Shown here in pieces: positions 29,326 through 39,589 of a stretch of DNA of 64,000 bases (position 1 is its first letter; each line of letters opens with the position of its first letter). Under the pieces are notes generated by a model. It saw only the letters and a list, made by a program, of their open reading frames with translations. It made no database searches and was not told the origin of the DNA. Source of the stretch: Polyangiaceae bacterium (lineage in GTDB: Bacteria; Myxococcota_A; Polyangia; Polyangiales; Polyangiaceae); NCBI GenBank assembly GCA_035063585.1, contig JAPSGB010000012.1:1-64000 (forward strand), read 5' to 3'. The position numbers were made by a program, and so were the translations under genes.

Positions 29326-30312
29326 ATGCGTCGAACCCCGTTCGTCTTTGGTGTGATTCCGGTCGTGGCGCTCGCCTGGAGCGGGCGGGTCGTCGCGCAG
29401 CCGACGCCTGCTCCCCCGCCGCCCGTCGCCCCGAGCGCCGCGGCGCCGGTGGCGCCGAGCGAGCCCGAGGCTCCCGCGCCGGGGCCGGCCGCGGCGGCGC
29501 CCGCGCCGAGCGCGTCCGTGCCCGCCGCGCCCCCGGCGGAGCCGCCCCCGGTTCAGAGCCCCCCAGCGCCGCTCGGCCCGCCGCCTCCAGCGCCTTCGCC
29601 GCCGGGCCAGTACCCGCCGCCGGGCCAGTACCCACCGCCGGGCTACTACTACCCCCCGCCGGGTTACTACTACCCCCCGCCGGGTTACTACGGCCGCCCG
29701 GCGGCGGCGCCCCCGCGCGCGCCGGTCGGCGTGCATCTGCATGACGGCTTCTATCTCCGCCTCGGGCTCGGTGCCGGCTATCTCCGCGACTCGGTGGGCT
29801 ACAGCGGGACCGGCTCCGGCGGCGTCGATCGGATGACCGGCGGCGGCGTCGCGATCGATTGCTGGCTCGGCGGGACGGCTGCGCCCGGTCTGGTCATCGG
29901 CGGCGGGATCCTCTCCGTGCAGGCGCCGCGGTACGAGCTCGAGATGAGCGGCAAGCCACCTGCCACCGCGCGCGACGAGATGACCCTCGCTGCGCTCGGC
30001 ATGTTCGCAGACTACTACTTCGATCCGAAGGGCGGCCTGCACGCGCAGGCCTACCTCGGCATCGGAGGACTCGGCTTTCCTAGCCCTGACGGCGATGAGC
30101 TCGGCGACTCCCGAGAAGGTCCGAGCGGGTTCGTGCTCGCCGCGGGTGTCGGCTATGCCTGGTGGATCGGCGAGCAGTGGAGCCTCGGGCTGCTCGGGCG
30201 CTTGGCCTACGCAGCCCTGACCGACGACGGGAGCAGTGGCGCGGGGGGCGACTACGAGACGCATCATCGCGTGCTCGCGCCCGCGCTGCTCCTCGACGTC
30301 ACCTATCACTGA
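29326..30312 (+). CDS. Pro-rich exported protein with C-terminal outer-membrane beta-barrel-like domain
   Basis: Signal peptide; PPPGQY/PPPGYYY repeats; HDGFYLRLGLGAGY and further alternating strands ending VTYH. Confidence 0.75.
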   Translation: MRRTPFVFGVIPVVALAWSGRVVAQPTPAPPPPVAPSAAAPVAPSEPEAPAPGPAAAAPAPSASVPAAPPAEPPPVQSPPAPLGPPPPAPSPPGQYPPPGQYPPPGYYYPPPGYYYPPPGYYGRPAAAPPRAPVGVHLHDGFYLRLGLGAGYLRDSVGYSGTGSGGVDRMTGGGVAIDCWLGGTAAPGLVIGGGILSVQAPRYELEMSGKPPATARDEMTLAALGMFADYYFDPKGGLHAQAYLGIGGLGFPSPDGDELGDSREGPSGFVLAAGVGYAWWIGEQWSLGLLGRLAYAALTDDGSSGAGGDYETHHRVLAPALLLDVTYH

Positions 30313-30319
30313 GCGCCGG

Positions 30320-31375
<1,056 letters not shown>

Positions 31376-31465
31376 GTTCGTTTCGCTCCGGCGGCGCGGA
31401 TGATACCTTCGCCGGGCTCTACGCGCTCGAAAGCGTGAGACACGACTCTCGGAAGGGGCGAAGAC

Positions 31466-32929
31466 ATGCGCTCGAAGATCATCATCGTCAACGCGGGTAT
31501 CGTCGTCGTCGTCGGTCTCCTCTCATTTTTCCTGCTCCACACCTCGCTCGGTGACCTGGTGTCCAATCCGAGCGCCCGCAAGCAGGAGGTCGAGCAGGCG
31601 CTCCGGGCGGCCAACGCCCAGCTCGCGCTCGACGCGCTGCGCCTCGAGCGCTGGCTCGGCGAGCGTGCCGCGACCGACGCGGTCCGCGGCGTGTTCTCGG
31701 GCGGTACCTCCGAGGCGCGCAGTGAGAGCGCGACGGCTCAGGCGAACAAGCTCCGTGACGCCGCGGTCGGCGAGGCGATGTTCGCCAAGATGGCCCCCTC
31801 GATGGTGCTCTTCGTCGACCAACAAGGGGTCGCGCTCGGGCGCAATGGCTCGGCGTTGATGCGCGGCGACAAGATGGCCGAGGCGTATCCGCCCCTCGGA
31901 AAGGCGCTGGCGAGTGGCACCACGGGCAGCGCCGTGTGGCTGAACCGCGATCGGCAAGAGCAGATGTTCGTGAGCTACGCGTCGGTTCACGGTGATGATG
32001 GGAAGGTCATCGGGGCGATCGTGGTCGGCACTCCGCTGAACGACGAGCGCCTCGCGCGGACCAGCACGCTCACGAGCGGGCGTCTGCTCGTGCTCAGCAT
32101 GGTCGTGAAGAACCAGCTCGAGCTGGTCGCCAACAGCGGGAAGGTCGGAGCCGAGGTGATCACCGCGGCCGCCTCCCAGCCGGTGCAGGCCGCCGCGCAG
32201 AGCGCGCTCGCGAGCGACGGGGTCGCCACCGCCGACGCCACCGCGGTCAACGAGGTCTTCGGTGCCATGGCGCTCACGGGCTACGAGGGTGATCCGAGAG
32301 CGGTGCTCGTGTCGGCGGTCCCGGCCTCGCTGGTCCCCAGCCTGATGAGCCTGCTCTGGCCGGTGTTCGGGGTCTCCGCGCTCGGTATCCTGCTGGTCGT
32401 CGTGGGCGGCGTGCTGCTCGGCAACTACTTCGATGGGCCGCTCTCCGAGCTCGAGGACGGCATGCTCGCCATCATCAACGGCCGCACGGACCTGCGCTTT
32501 CAGATCGAGCACGCCGAGCTCGGTGGGCTCGTGTTTCGGCTAAACTCGCTCCTGAACGCGCTGATGGGCGTCCCGGAGGACACGACTGACGACGAAGGCC
32601 GCCCCTCGCGCCCACCCACGGCGCGCGATTTCCAGGAAGCGCTCGCCGTGGACGAGAGCTCCGTCGATGGCTCGACGATCGATCCGGCTCGCGCCGCCGC
32701 CCTCGCCGCCGAGCCCGCGGCGCAGTACTACGCGCGGCTCTACGGCGAGTACATCGCCGCCAAGCGGCAGGTGGGCGATCCGGTCGACCACATCACCGAG
32801 CAGGCCTTCGTCGCGCGGATTCAGGGCTCGGAGCAAGAGATGCTCGGCAAGCACGGGCGCCCCGTCCGCTACCAGGCGGAGCTGCGCGCCGGCGCGGTGG
32901 TGCTGGTCGCCGTGCCGCTCCCGCGCTGA
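31466..32929 (+). CDS. membrane protein, TM-Cache-like-TM-HAMP with myxobacterial (MXAN_5187-like) C-terminal domain
   Basis: Two TM helices; HAMP-like PLSELEDG...ELGGLVFRLN; C-terminal LYGEYIAAKRQVGDPVDHITEQAF. Confidence 0.7.
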   Translation: MRSKIIIVNAGIVVVVGLLSFFLLHTSLGDLVSNPSARKQEVEQALRAANAQLALDALRLERWLGERAATDAVRGVFSGGTSEARSESATAQANKLRDAAVGEAMFAKMAPSMVLFVDQQGVALGRNGSALMRGDKMAEAYPPLGKALASGTTGSAVWLNRDRQEQMFVSYASVHGDDGKVIGAIVVGTPLNDERLARTSTLTSGRLLVLSMVVKNQLELVANSGKVGAEVITAAASQPVQAAAQSALASDGVATADATAVNEVFGAMALTGYEGDPRAVLVSAVPASLVPSLMSLLWPVFGVSALGILLVVVGGVLLGNYFDGPLSELEDGMLAIINGRTDLRFQIEHAELGGLVFRLNSLLNALMGVPEDTTDDEGRPSRPPTARDFQEALAVDESSVDGSTIDPARAAALAAEPAAQYYARLYGEYIAAKRQVGDPVDHITEQAFVARIQGSEQEMLGKHGRPVRYQAELRAGAVVLVAVPLPR

Positions 32930-33063
32930 GCGCGACGCCCCTGTAAATCGCGGGGCCGCGCGCCAGCGCGCGAGAACCTGCATAGCGGCTCGAATCGGGC
33001 TATAAGCTCGCCCGTTCGACGCCTCGGGCCGCGCGGCCCGGGCGAGCCTCCAGGGAAGGGCCC

Positions 33064-33810
33064 ATGAGCGTTTTCGACATGTTCAAGAAGAAGAGCGAGA
33101 CCACCGGCCCGCGCAAGAAGAGCGAGCGCGAGCTGAGTCGTCTCGCCCGCCTCGTTGGCGACAAGATGAGTCAGAACTACGACCGGCAGCAGGCGCTCGA
33201 GGAGCTCGGCCGCATGGAGAATGCCGAGGGTGCGGCCGCGCTGCTGCGTCGCTTCGACTGGTCCTTCGATCCCTCGATCACGGATCAAGAGGAGAAGGAG
33301 ACCGCGGCGCGCGGCGTCGCTGCGGCCGGCGAGGCCGCGCTCGAGCCGATCCGCTCCTATTGCGCCAAGGCAGCGAGCCTGACGTGGCCGCTCAAGATCC
33401 TGAGGCAGATCATCGAGTCGGAGGACGCGCTGGTCGGCGAATTGCTCGACATCCTCGAGCAGTTCGACACCGAGTACGTCCGAAACCCCGAGCCGAAGGT
33501 CCAGCTCATCGCCACGCTCGAAGAGTACCCTCGCGATGATGTCCGCGAAGCCGTCGAGCCCTTCCTGCAGGACGCGAGCGAGCCGGTGCGGTTCCACGCC
33601 GCCATCACCACCTTCTCGATGAACAGCGACGAGAGCATCGTCCCGTTGGTCGAGGCGCTCACCCAGGAGGAGTCGCTCCGGGTCCGAAATCGCATCGCCC
33701 AGGGGCTCGCCGAGCGGAAGTACGCCGTGCCGAGCGAGCTCAGTGACGCCTGCGCCGAGGCGCTCCCGGACGACTACCGGCTCGACCGCGGCGTGGTCGT
33801 TCGCCAGTAA
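33064..33810 (+). CDS. HEAT-repeat protein
   Basis: Repeats such as EPFLQDASEPVRFHAA and EALTQEESLRVRNRIA; SD GGGAAGGG. Confidence 0.8.
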   Translation: MSVFDMFKKKSETTGPRKKSERELSRLARLVGDKMSQNYDRQQALEELGRMENAEGAAALLRRFDWSFDPSITDQEEKETAARGVAAAGEAALEPIRSYCAKAASLTWPLKILRQIIESEDALVGELLDILEQFDTEYVRNPEPKVQLIATLEEYPRDDVREAVEPFLQDASEPVRFHAAITTFSMNSDESIVPLVEALTQEESLRVRNRIAQGLAERKYAVPSELSDACAEALPDDYRLDRGVVVRQ

Positions 33811-33895
33811 TCCGGGCCGAAGCCGACCGCGGCGGGAGGGGCGTCGCCGCCGGCGGACCGGGCGGCTCGGCGGTCGCCGTGCGGAGGGTAGGGGG

Positions 33896-34009
33896 TTGGT
33901 GCGGCGCGAGAGCCCCGGGCTACGAGCAAGAGCACCGCTCCCGGTGAACTGACGGAGAACTGAGGCTTGGTGCGGCGCGAAAGCCCCGGGCTACGCGCAG
34001 GGCCTCCGC
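33896..34009. repeat. two imperfect 43-bp direct repeats, period 71
   Basis: TTGGTGCGGCGCGA(G/A)AGCCCCGGGCTACG... at 33896 and 33967, between convergent genes. Confidence 0.75.
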
Positions 34010-34100
34010 CTCGTCGAGCCGGCTACGACGACACGCGGCGCAGCCGACCCTCACGCGCGCTAGGAGGCGGCGAGTAGTCGCCCGCTGCGAGCTCGGGAGA

Positions 34101-34128
34101 CGACGAGGAGGCGTCGCGCTCCTCGTCG
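34101..34128. terminator. 10-bp hairpin downstream of the beta-barrel genes
   Basis: CGACGAGGAG-N8-CTCCTCGTCG, 13 nt past the stop codon. There is no clear U-tract. Confidence 0.45.
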
Positions 34129-34141
34129 CGCTCCCGCGCGG

Positions 34142-35056
34142 TCACTCGCTGATGCGCGGCATCGTCGGGAAGAACAAGTTGTAGCTCAAGGTGAGCATCT
34201 GGTTGAACTTGAACTCCCGATCGTTGCTGTCGATGACGTCGTCAGGGAAGTTGCCGTCCTTCCCACCGCCGCGCGTGTCGAACCCCGCGGTGTTTCGCGA
34301 GAACGGCAGGCCGCGCCACTCGAAGCCGATGGCGTTCCACTTGTTCACGTAGAACGAGAAGCCGAGCCCGAAGGTCGGCGCGATAGCGACGCGAGTCGCG
34401 CGATCGAAGGCTTGATCCACCGCGCACTGCGTGCGCGGGCAATCCTTGCGCTCATTGACGCCGATGAAGGCTGGACCCGCGAAGAAGTAGAGGTCGCTAT
34501 CGACGAAGACGTTGTCGAAGAGCGCGAGCTTCCCGCGGAAGGGCACCGCGGTGAGCTGCGGCGCCACGATCCAGTCCATCGTCCCGAGCTGCTTGTGGAA
34601 GTCGGGGCCGACGTTCTTGGAGACGAGCCGCTGGTCGATGGTCGGCTGCCCGAGGGGATCGGTCGCCTGTTGGTTCGCGCTGCTGCGTCGCCGGGCGACG
34701 TTCACGTCCTGGACGTGGTCGGTGAGCGCGGTGTCGATCTTGATCGCTCCGTACGCACCCCAGACCCCGAGCGCGAGCCAGTCCGTCAGGTTGTAGTTGA
34801 CGCGCGCGCCCACGAACATGGTGCGCTGATACTCATCGAGCAGCGTGAACGAGATGGCGGGCGCCACCTCGAAGCGGCCCTCGCGATAGAGCCGCAACTG
34901 GCGCACCGCGGGCGCTCCTGCGAGCGGACCCGTGAGCAGGATCTCCTGCGCATCGGCGCGTTCGGTGAGCCCGAGCAGGGAGAACCCCGCCACCAAGCCG
35001 GCCAAGAGCCAGCGTCCAGCCTTTCGCGTCCTCGAGTTGGTCGTCGTGGTACCCAT
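34142..35056 (-). CDS. outer-membrane beta-barrel protein, GltA/GltB-like
   Basis: Signal peptide ending ADA; VRQLRLYREGRFEVAP, PFRGKLALF and a terminal strand LSYNLFFP. An alternative GTG start lies at 35083. Confidence 0.75.
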   Translation of the reverse strand: MGTTTTNSRTRKAGRWLLAGLVAGFSLLGLTERADAQEILLTGPLAGAPAVRQLRLYREGRFEVAPAISFTLLDEYQRTMFVGARVNYNLTDWLALGVWGAYGAIKIDTALTDHVQDVNVARRRSSANQQATDPLGQPTIDQRLVSKNVGPDFHKQLGTMDWIVAPQLTAVPFRGKLALFDNVFVDSDLYFFAGPAFIGVNERKDCPRTQCAVDQAFDRATRVAIAPTFGLGFSFYVNKWNAIGFEWRGLPFSRNTAGFDTRGGGKDGNFPDDVIDSNDREFKFNQMLTLSYNLFFPTMPRISE

Positions 35057-35079
35057 CGTTGCCTGACCTCGCCTTTCCA

Positions 35080-36090
35080 TCACTTCGGCAACCGATACTC
35101 AAACGAGAACGGGAGGAAGAGGGAGACGCCGAGTTGCGCCTGCACGTTGTTGGTCAGCTTGGAATCGCCGTACCAGTTGGAGTCGTCCTGTTGCTCTCGC
35201 ACCGTCGCAGGCACGCTCAGGTTCTCCAACTTGTCGTTGAAGATGTAGTCGCGAACCTCCAAGGTGGCGGCGAACCAGCGGTTCAAGAAGATGCGGAGAC
35301 CGATGCCGGCGTTGAACGCGATCTTCGGCTCGAACGCGAAGTTGCGGTTGTCGGGGTCGATGACCGGAATCGGCCGGGTGCTGAGCGCGCCCACGCCGCC
35401 CACGACGTAAGCGTCGTAGTGGAAGATGAAGTCGCCGAAGCCTGCGAACTTGCCGATGGCCGGGACGTAGCTGAAGTTCAGCGCCGCGCCCCATTGGTAC
35501 TCGGTCAAGGGGACCGAGACGCGCCCCGACCGCCTGAGCTCCGCGTTGAAGGCGCTGTCGCTGTTGATGTACCAGTTGAAGTTCGCGCCAATCGCGAGGA
35601 CGTTCGAGATGTAGTAGTTGACCCCGATGCCGGGCGCGTTGTGCTGAACGAACTGGTCGTTCAACGAGAACGACCAGTAGGGGTTCAGCTCGAGCCGATT
35701 TCGACGCAGCACGAAGAGCTGCTGCATCGCGTAGATTTGCTCGTCGAGCGGCTTGGCCGCCTCCTTGTCCATGTCGAGCTTCGGGCAGGCCTCGGGATCG
35801 ATCTTGCAGATGTCCCCGAGTCCGCCGCCCTCCGGGAGCCCGGCCGGCAGCTCGTCTCCGCCCGCCGGGGCACCGGCGGCTTGGTCGTCACCGGCGGCCT
35901 GGTCACCGGCGGCCTGGTCACCGGCGGCTTGGTCACCGGCGGCTTGGTCACCGGCGGCTTGATCTCCAGCGGCTTGGTCTCCGCCAGCCTCGGCCCCTTT
36001 CGTCGCTGCGCCCTTCTTCTGCGCCCACGCACTGGTGGCCGATGCGCAAAGCAGAGCTGCAACGAGGAGCCCGATGCGAGTCTTCTTCAT
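35080..36090 (-). CDS. outer-membrane beta-barrel protein, GltA/GltB-like
   Basis: Signal peptide ending AWA; IYAMQQLFVLRRNRLELNP, SLNDQF, YVPAIGKFAGF, QLGVSLFLP. Confidence 0.78.
   Translation of the reverse strand: MKKTRIGLLVAALLCASATSAWAQKKGAATKGAEAGGDQAAGDQAAGDQAAGDQAAGDQAAGDQAAGDDQAAGAPAGGDELPAGLPEGGGLGDICKIDPEACPKLDMDKEAAKPLDEQIYAMQQLFVLRRNRLELNPYWSFSLNDQFVQHNAPGIGVNYYISNVLAIGANFNWYINSDSAFNAELRRSGRVSVPLTEYQWGAALNFSYVPAIGKFAGFGDFIFHYDAYVVGGVGALSTRPIPVIDPDNRNFAFEPKIAFNAGIGLRIFLNRWFAATLEVRDYIFNDKLENLSVPATVREQQDDSNWYGDSKLTNNVQAQLGVSLFLPFSFEYRLPK
35872..35992. repeat. 15-bp coding repeat (GDQAA x about 7)
   Basis: tggtcaccggcggc(c/t) units in the N-terminal linker of the beta-barrel gene. 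Confidence 0.8.
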
Positions 36091-36188
36091 CGATGCCTCT
36101 TCCGTGATCCCGTGGAACGACCGCTAGTATCAGCTCCGCAAGTGCTTGGAAACGCTAAATAATTCAGTATCGAACGACCGGCCGCGCG

Positions 36189-36218
36189 ACTATATCACGC
36201 ACAATTTCTGACAATCAA
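36189..36218 (-). promoter_or_regulatory. putative sigma70 promoter of the beta-barrel pair
   Basis: The minus strand reads TTGATT-N18-TATAGT with a TGn extension, in an AT-rich intergenic stretch. Confidence 0.5.
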
Positions 36219-36235
36219 CATCATAATCCAGAAGG

Positions 36236-37522
36236 TTACGCCGGCCCGGCTTCGACGTCCTTGCCGAGCAGCGCCTCGACGAACTCCGAGGGCACGAACT
36301 CGTGGAGATCGTCGGCGCGCTCACCGAGCCCGATGAAGCGCACGGGCAGCTTGAGGGCGTCGGCGATCCCGAGCACGACGCCGCCCTTGGCGGTGCCATC
36401 GAGCTTGGTGAGCACGATGCCGGTGAGCGGCAGCGCCTCCTGGAACTCGCGCGCCTGCGCGAGGGCGTTCTGGCCGTTGGTCGCGTCGATGACGAGGAAG
36501 ATCTCGTGGGGCGCGCCCTCCAAGGCCTTACCGGCGGTCTTCGCGATCTTCTTCATCTCCGCCATCAGGTTCGACTTCGTGTGGAGGCGTCCGGCGGTGT
36601 CCGCGAGGACGAGATCCGCGCCTACCTCCTGGGCCCGCTCGATGGCCTCGAAGATCACGCTGCCCGGATCGGCGCCGTCTTTCCCGCGCACGACCTCGGT
36701 CCCGACGCGCTCGCCCCAGACCACGAGCTGCTGCACGGCCGCCGCGCGGAAGGTGTCGCCGGCGGCGAGCACACACCGGTGACCCTCCGCCTGCAGCCGC
36801 GTGGCGAGCTTGCCGATGGTGGTCGTCTTGCCGGCCCCGTTCACGCCGACCATCAGCACCACCGTCGGCTTCGCCGTGAGCTCGAACGCGCCCGCCCGTC
36901 CGTCCACCTCGAGCAGGCGGGTCGCCTCCGCGCGGAGCGCCTCCCAGACCTTGCTCGAGTCGGTGAGCTCGGACTTGCCGAGCGCGTCGCGCACGCGCTC
37001 GAGGACCACCTGCGTGGTCTCCACGCCGACGTCCGAGCTGAGCAGGACCTCCTCGATCGCGCCGGCGATGTCGGCCCCGATCTCCTTCTTGCCGGTGAAC
37101 AGCGCCTTCAGCTTGCCGAAGAAGCCCTCGTCGCCGCGGGATTTCGCGAGCCCCTTGCGGAGCGCCTGGACGTCTCCCGTGCGTCTCAGCGCGGCGCGGC
37201 TCACCCGCTCCGGAGCCGCCGCTTCGCGCTCCGAAGTCTCCTCCTCCGCCGCTGCCGCCGGCTCGGGCTTCGGCGCCGGCGGCGCGGCGGGCGCTGCGTC
37301 ATGGACGCGCTCGGCCTTGGGCTTCGACGCGGGCGCGGGCGCGGGCTCTGCCGCGCGGCGCGCGGGCTCGCGCTCCGCGGGCGCCCGCTTCGCGTCGGGC
37401 TGGGTGGGGAGCTTCCGCTCCTCGGGAGCCTCGCCTACGCGCGGCTCCTCCCGCTTCGCGATGAAGAGGAAGTAGACGGCGGCGAGCGCCACGAGGGCGA
37501 GGAGGATGTAAACGACGGTCAT
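36236..37522 (-). CDS. ftsY: signal recognition particle receptor FtsY
   Basis: GVNGAGKTTTIGKL, DTFRAAA, DTAGR, TKLDGTAKGG; N-terminal TM anchor. Confidence 0.97.
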   Translation of the reverse strand: MTVVYILLALVALAAVYFLFIAKREEPRVGEAPEERKLPTQPDAKRAPAEREPARRAAEPAPAPASKPKAERVHDAAPAAPPAPKPEPAAAAEEETSEREAAAPERVSRAALRRTGDVQALRKGLAKSRGDEGFFGKLKALFTGKKEIGADIAGAIEEVLLSSDVGVETTQVVLERVRDALGKSELTDSSKVWEALRAEATRLLEVDGRAGAFELTAKPTVVLMVGVNGAGKTTTIGKLATRLQAEGHRCVLAAGDTFRAAAVQQLVVWGERVGTEVVRGKDGADPGSVIFEAIERAQEVGADLVLADTAGRLHTKSNLMAEMKKIAKTAGKALEGAPHEIFLVIDATNGQNALAQAREFQEALPLTGIVLTKLDGTAKGGVVLGIADALKLPVRFIGLGERADDLHEFVPSEFVEALLGKDVEAGPA

Positions 37523-37549
37523 CGGCAGCAGCGTTCGCGAACGCCGCGC

Positions 37550-37579
37550 ACTATAGGAAGGCGCTCTCCGCTACGTCAA
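37550..37579 (-). promoter_or_regulatory. putative sigma70 promoter of ftsY
   Basis: The minus strand reads TTGACG-N18-TATAGT, 27 nt upstream of the ATG. Confidence 0.5.
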
Positions 37580-37649
37580 CGCCTGCCTCCTCGGCGCCGC
37601 GAGTTCGTCCGGCGCACGAGCGGGGGCGCTCCAGAGTGCCGGTAATTTT

Positions 37650-39395
37650 CTAGGAGTTTGCGGAATTCGCCGCCCCGCCGCGCGGCGCGCGCGCCTCGAT
37701 GGCCGCCTCGACGGACTCGTCGGGCGGCGTGGGCCCGTAGGCCGCGGTCTCGATCTGCTCCGCCCACTCGGCGACCGCGTCGTTTCCGCGCGCGCGCGCG
37801 CTTCGCGCCAGGGCGCCGGGCGTCGGCTCGCCCGGGCCAGCCCAGGCGCGCTGCGAGCGGCGCGCCCACTCGACCAGGCCGTCGAGGAGCGCGCGCCGGC
37901 GTGACACGAGCGTAACGAGGACCAGCCCGGGGGGAGGGACGGCGCGCCTCAAGGCGCCGTGCCAGCGCGCCGTGATCGTCATGCGGGCTCCGTCCGGAAG
38001 GGCGGCGCGCGGCGGAGCAAGCTCGAAGCGACCCTCGCCGTCGCTCTCGCTCGCCGCGAGGAGCGCGCCGCCACCGAACCCCGGCGCCTCGAGCGTGACG
38101 CGCGCGCCCGCGACGGGTGTGCCTTCGTGCGCGTCGAGCACGCGACCGCGCCAGCCGCGCTCGACCGGACCGCGCTCGACCAGCGCGAGTGACGCGAATC
38201 CGCGCGAAGCGGCGGCGGGGCTCGGCCGCGCGCGGGGGGCCCGACCGGGGCGCCGCCATCCGCGCATCAGCCACAGCGCGACCGCGGCCGCGCCGAGCAC
38301 CCAGGGCGCGCGCCGCCACGGCGAGGGCGCCGCGAGCGGCGCGGTCACCTCGAGCACGTCCCCCGGCGTCCACCACGGCGCATCCGGAAGATAGCGGAGC
38401 GAGAGCCGCGCCTGGGTCGCGCTCGGCGCGTCGAACACGGCCACCACCCGCGCCGCCCCGGCGACCACCCTCGCGGCGCCGACCGACTCGCCATCCAAGG
38501 TAGCCTCCACCGAGCCTGTCGGGACCGCGCCGAGCGCCGAGCCCACCGCGACCCGGAGCTCGAGCCCGTCGCGTGGATCGGCAGGCTCGGGCTTGCCCGT
38601 GAGCGACAACGTGACGCGCGCGGTGCGCTCGACGGTCACGCTCCGCGTCGCGGCCTGCACCGAGGCGGTCCCGGGCGAGGACACGGTGAGCGTCCCCGGA
38701 CCAGCCGCGCCGAGCTGCACGCTCGGGACCTCGAAGAGCGCGCGCTCGCCGACCCGAACGCTCGCGCGGCCGAGCTCGGTCGGCTGCCCGCCGCGTCCGT
38801 GGAAGGCGAGGACGAGCGCGACCGTCTCGGGCGGTGCGTCCTCGGCGAGCGCGGTCGCCGCGGTCGCTTCCACCCAAATCGAGTGCACCGGACGATCGAG
38901 CGCGAGCGCGGTCGGCTCGGGGCTGAAGCGGAGCGTGAGGGTGAGCCGCGATGCGTCGATCGGGAGCTCGGCGCTCGCGGCCTCGTAGAACGCGCTGCCG
39001 CCGTAGGCGACGCGGACGCGGCCCGTCTCGGGCGCGCCCGCGACCCGCACGCAGAAGGTGCCGGCACCGTCGAGGTCGATGACGACCGCGTCGCCCTCGA
39101 CGGGCACCGGCGTGGCCGGGCGACCGTCGCCGCAAGTGCGCGCGCTCGGCGGCGGGCCGGCGCGCCGCGGCAGGGTGGCGCGGAGCCGCCCCTCGACGGG
39201 GCGCCCGGCGTCGTCGCGGAGCGCGCCGCGGAGCTCGAGCTCCCCTGCGCGCGCGACCGCGTGGGCCTCGAGGCTCGCCGTGCCGTGGACCCGCACCGGG
39301 AGCGCCTGCGCCGCGCTCGCGCAGGCGACGGCGGCGGCGGCCGCGCTGGCGGCGACGAGCCGCTGCCTGGGTCGCGGAGGGAGGCTGACCGCCAT
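37650..39395 (-). CDS. membrane-anchored Ig-like/carboxypeptidase-regulatory-like domain protein
   Basis: Signal-like N-terminus, beta-rich repeats, one TM helix, GRVLDAHEGTPVAGARVTL...SDGEGRFEL, and a C-terminal TPGALAR...ETAAYGP (DUF4129-like). Confidence 0.65.
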   Translation of the reverse strand: MAVSLPPRPRQRLVAASAAAAAVACASAAQALPVRVHGTASLEAHAVARAGELELRGALRDDAGRPVEGRLRATLPRRAGPPPSARTCGDGRPATPVPVEGDAVVIDLDGAGTFCVRVAGAPETGRVRVAYGGSAFYEAASAELPIDASRLTLTLRFSPEPTALALDRPVHSIWVEATAATALAEDAPPETVALVLAFHGRGGQPTELGRASVRVGERALFEVPSVQLGAAGPGTLTVSSPGTASVQAATRSVTVERTARVTLSLTGKPEPADPRDGLELRVAVGSALGAVPTGSVEATLDGESVGAARVVAGAARVVAVFDAPSATQARLSLRYLPDAPWWTPGDVLEVTAPLAAPSPWRRAPWVLGAAAVALWLMRGWRRPGRAPRARPSPAAASRGFASLALVERGPVERGWRGRVLDAHEGTPVAGARVTLEAPGFGGGALLAASESDGEGRFELAPPRAALPDGARMTITARWHGALRRAVPPPGLVLVTLVSRRRALLDGLVEWARRSQRAWAGPGEPTPGALARSARARGNDAVAEWAEQIETAAYGPTPPDESVEAAIEARAPRGGAANSANS

Positions 39396-39589
39396 GACTG
39401 CGCCCGAGGGTACCGCGGAACGCGCGCCTCGGCCGCGCGAACGCGCAGATGAAGCTCCGCGAGGGGTGCTCCGTCCAACCGGCGACCCCGGTGGACGAGC
39501 GTATCCAGCCCCGAGCGTCGAGCGACCACCTCTCTAGCGCCGAAGCGCCGCCGCCGGAGCCGCGCCCGGTCATGATATCTTCTCGACGC

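Noticed and set aside
33896..34009. mini-CRISPR (29-bp repeat, 71-bp period) or tRNA remnant (minus strand ends GCACCA)
   Set aside because: There are only two copies and similarity continues into the would-be spacer. No cloverleaf or T-loop is present.
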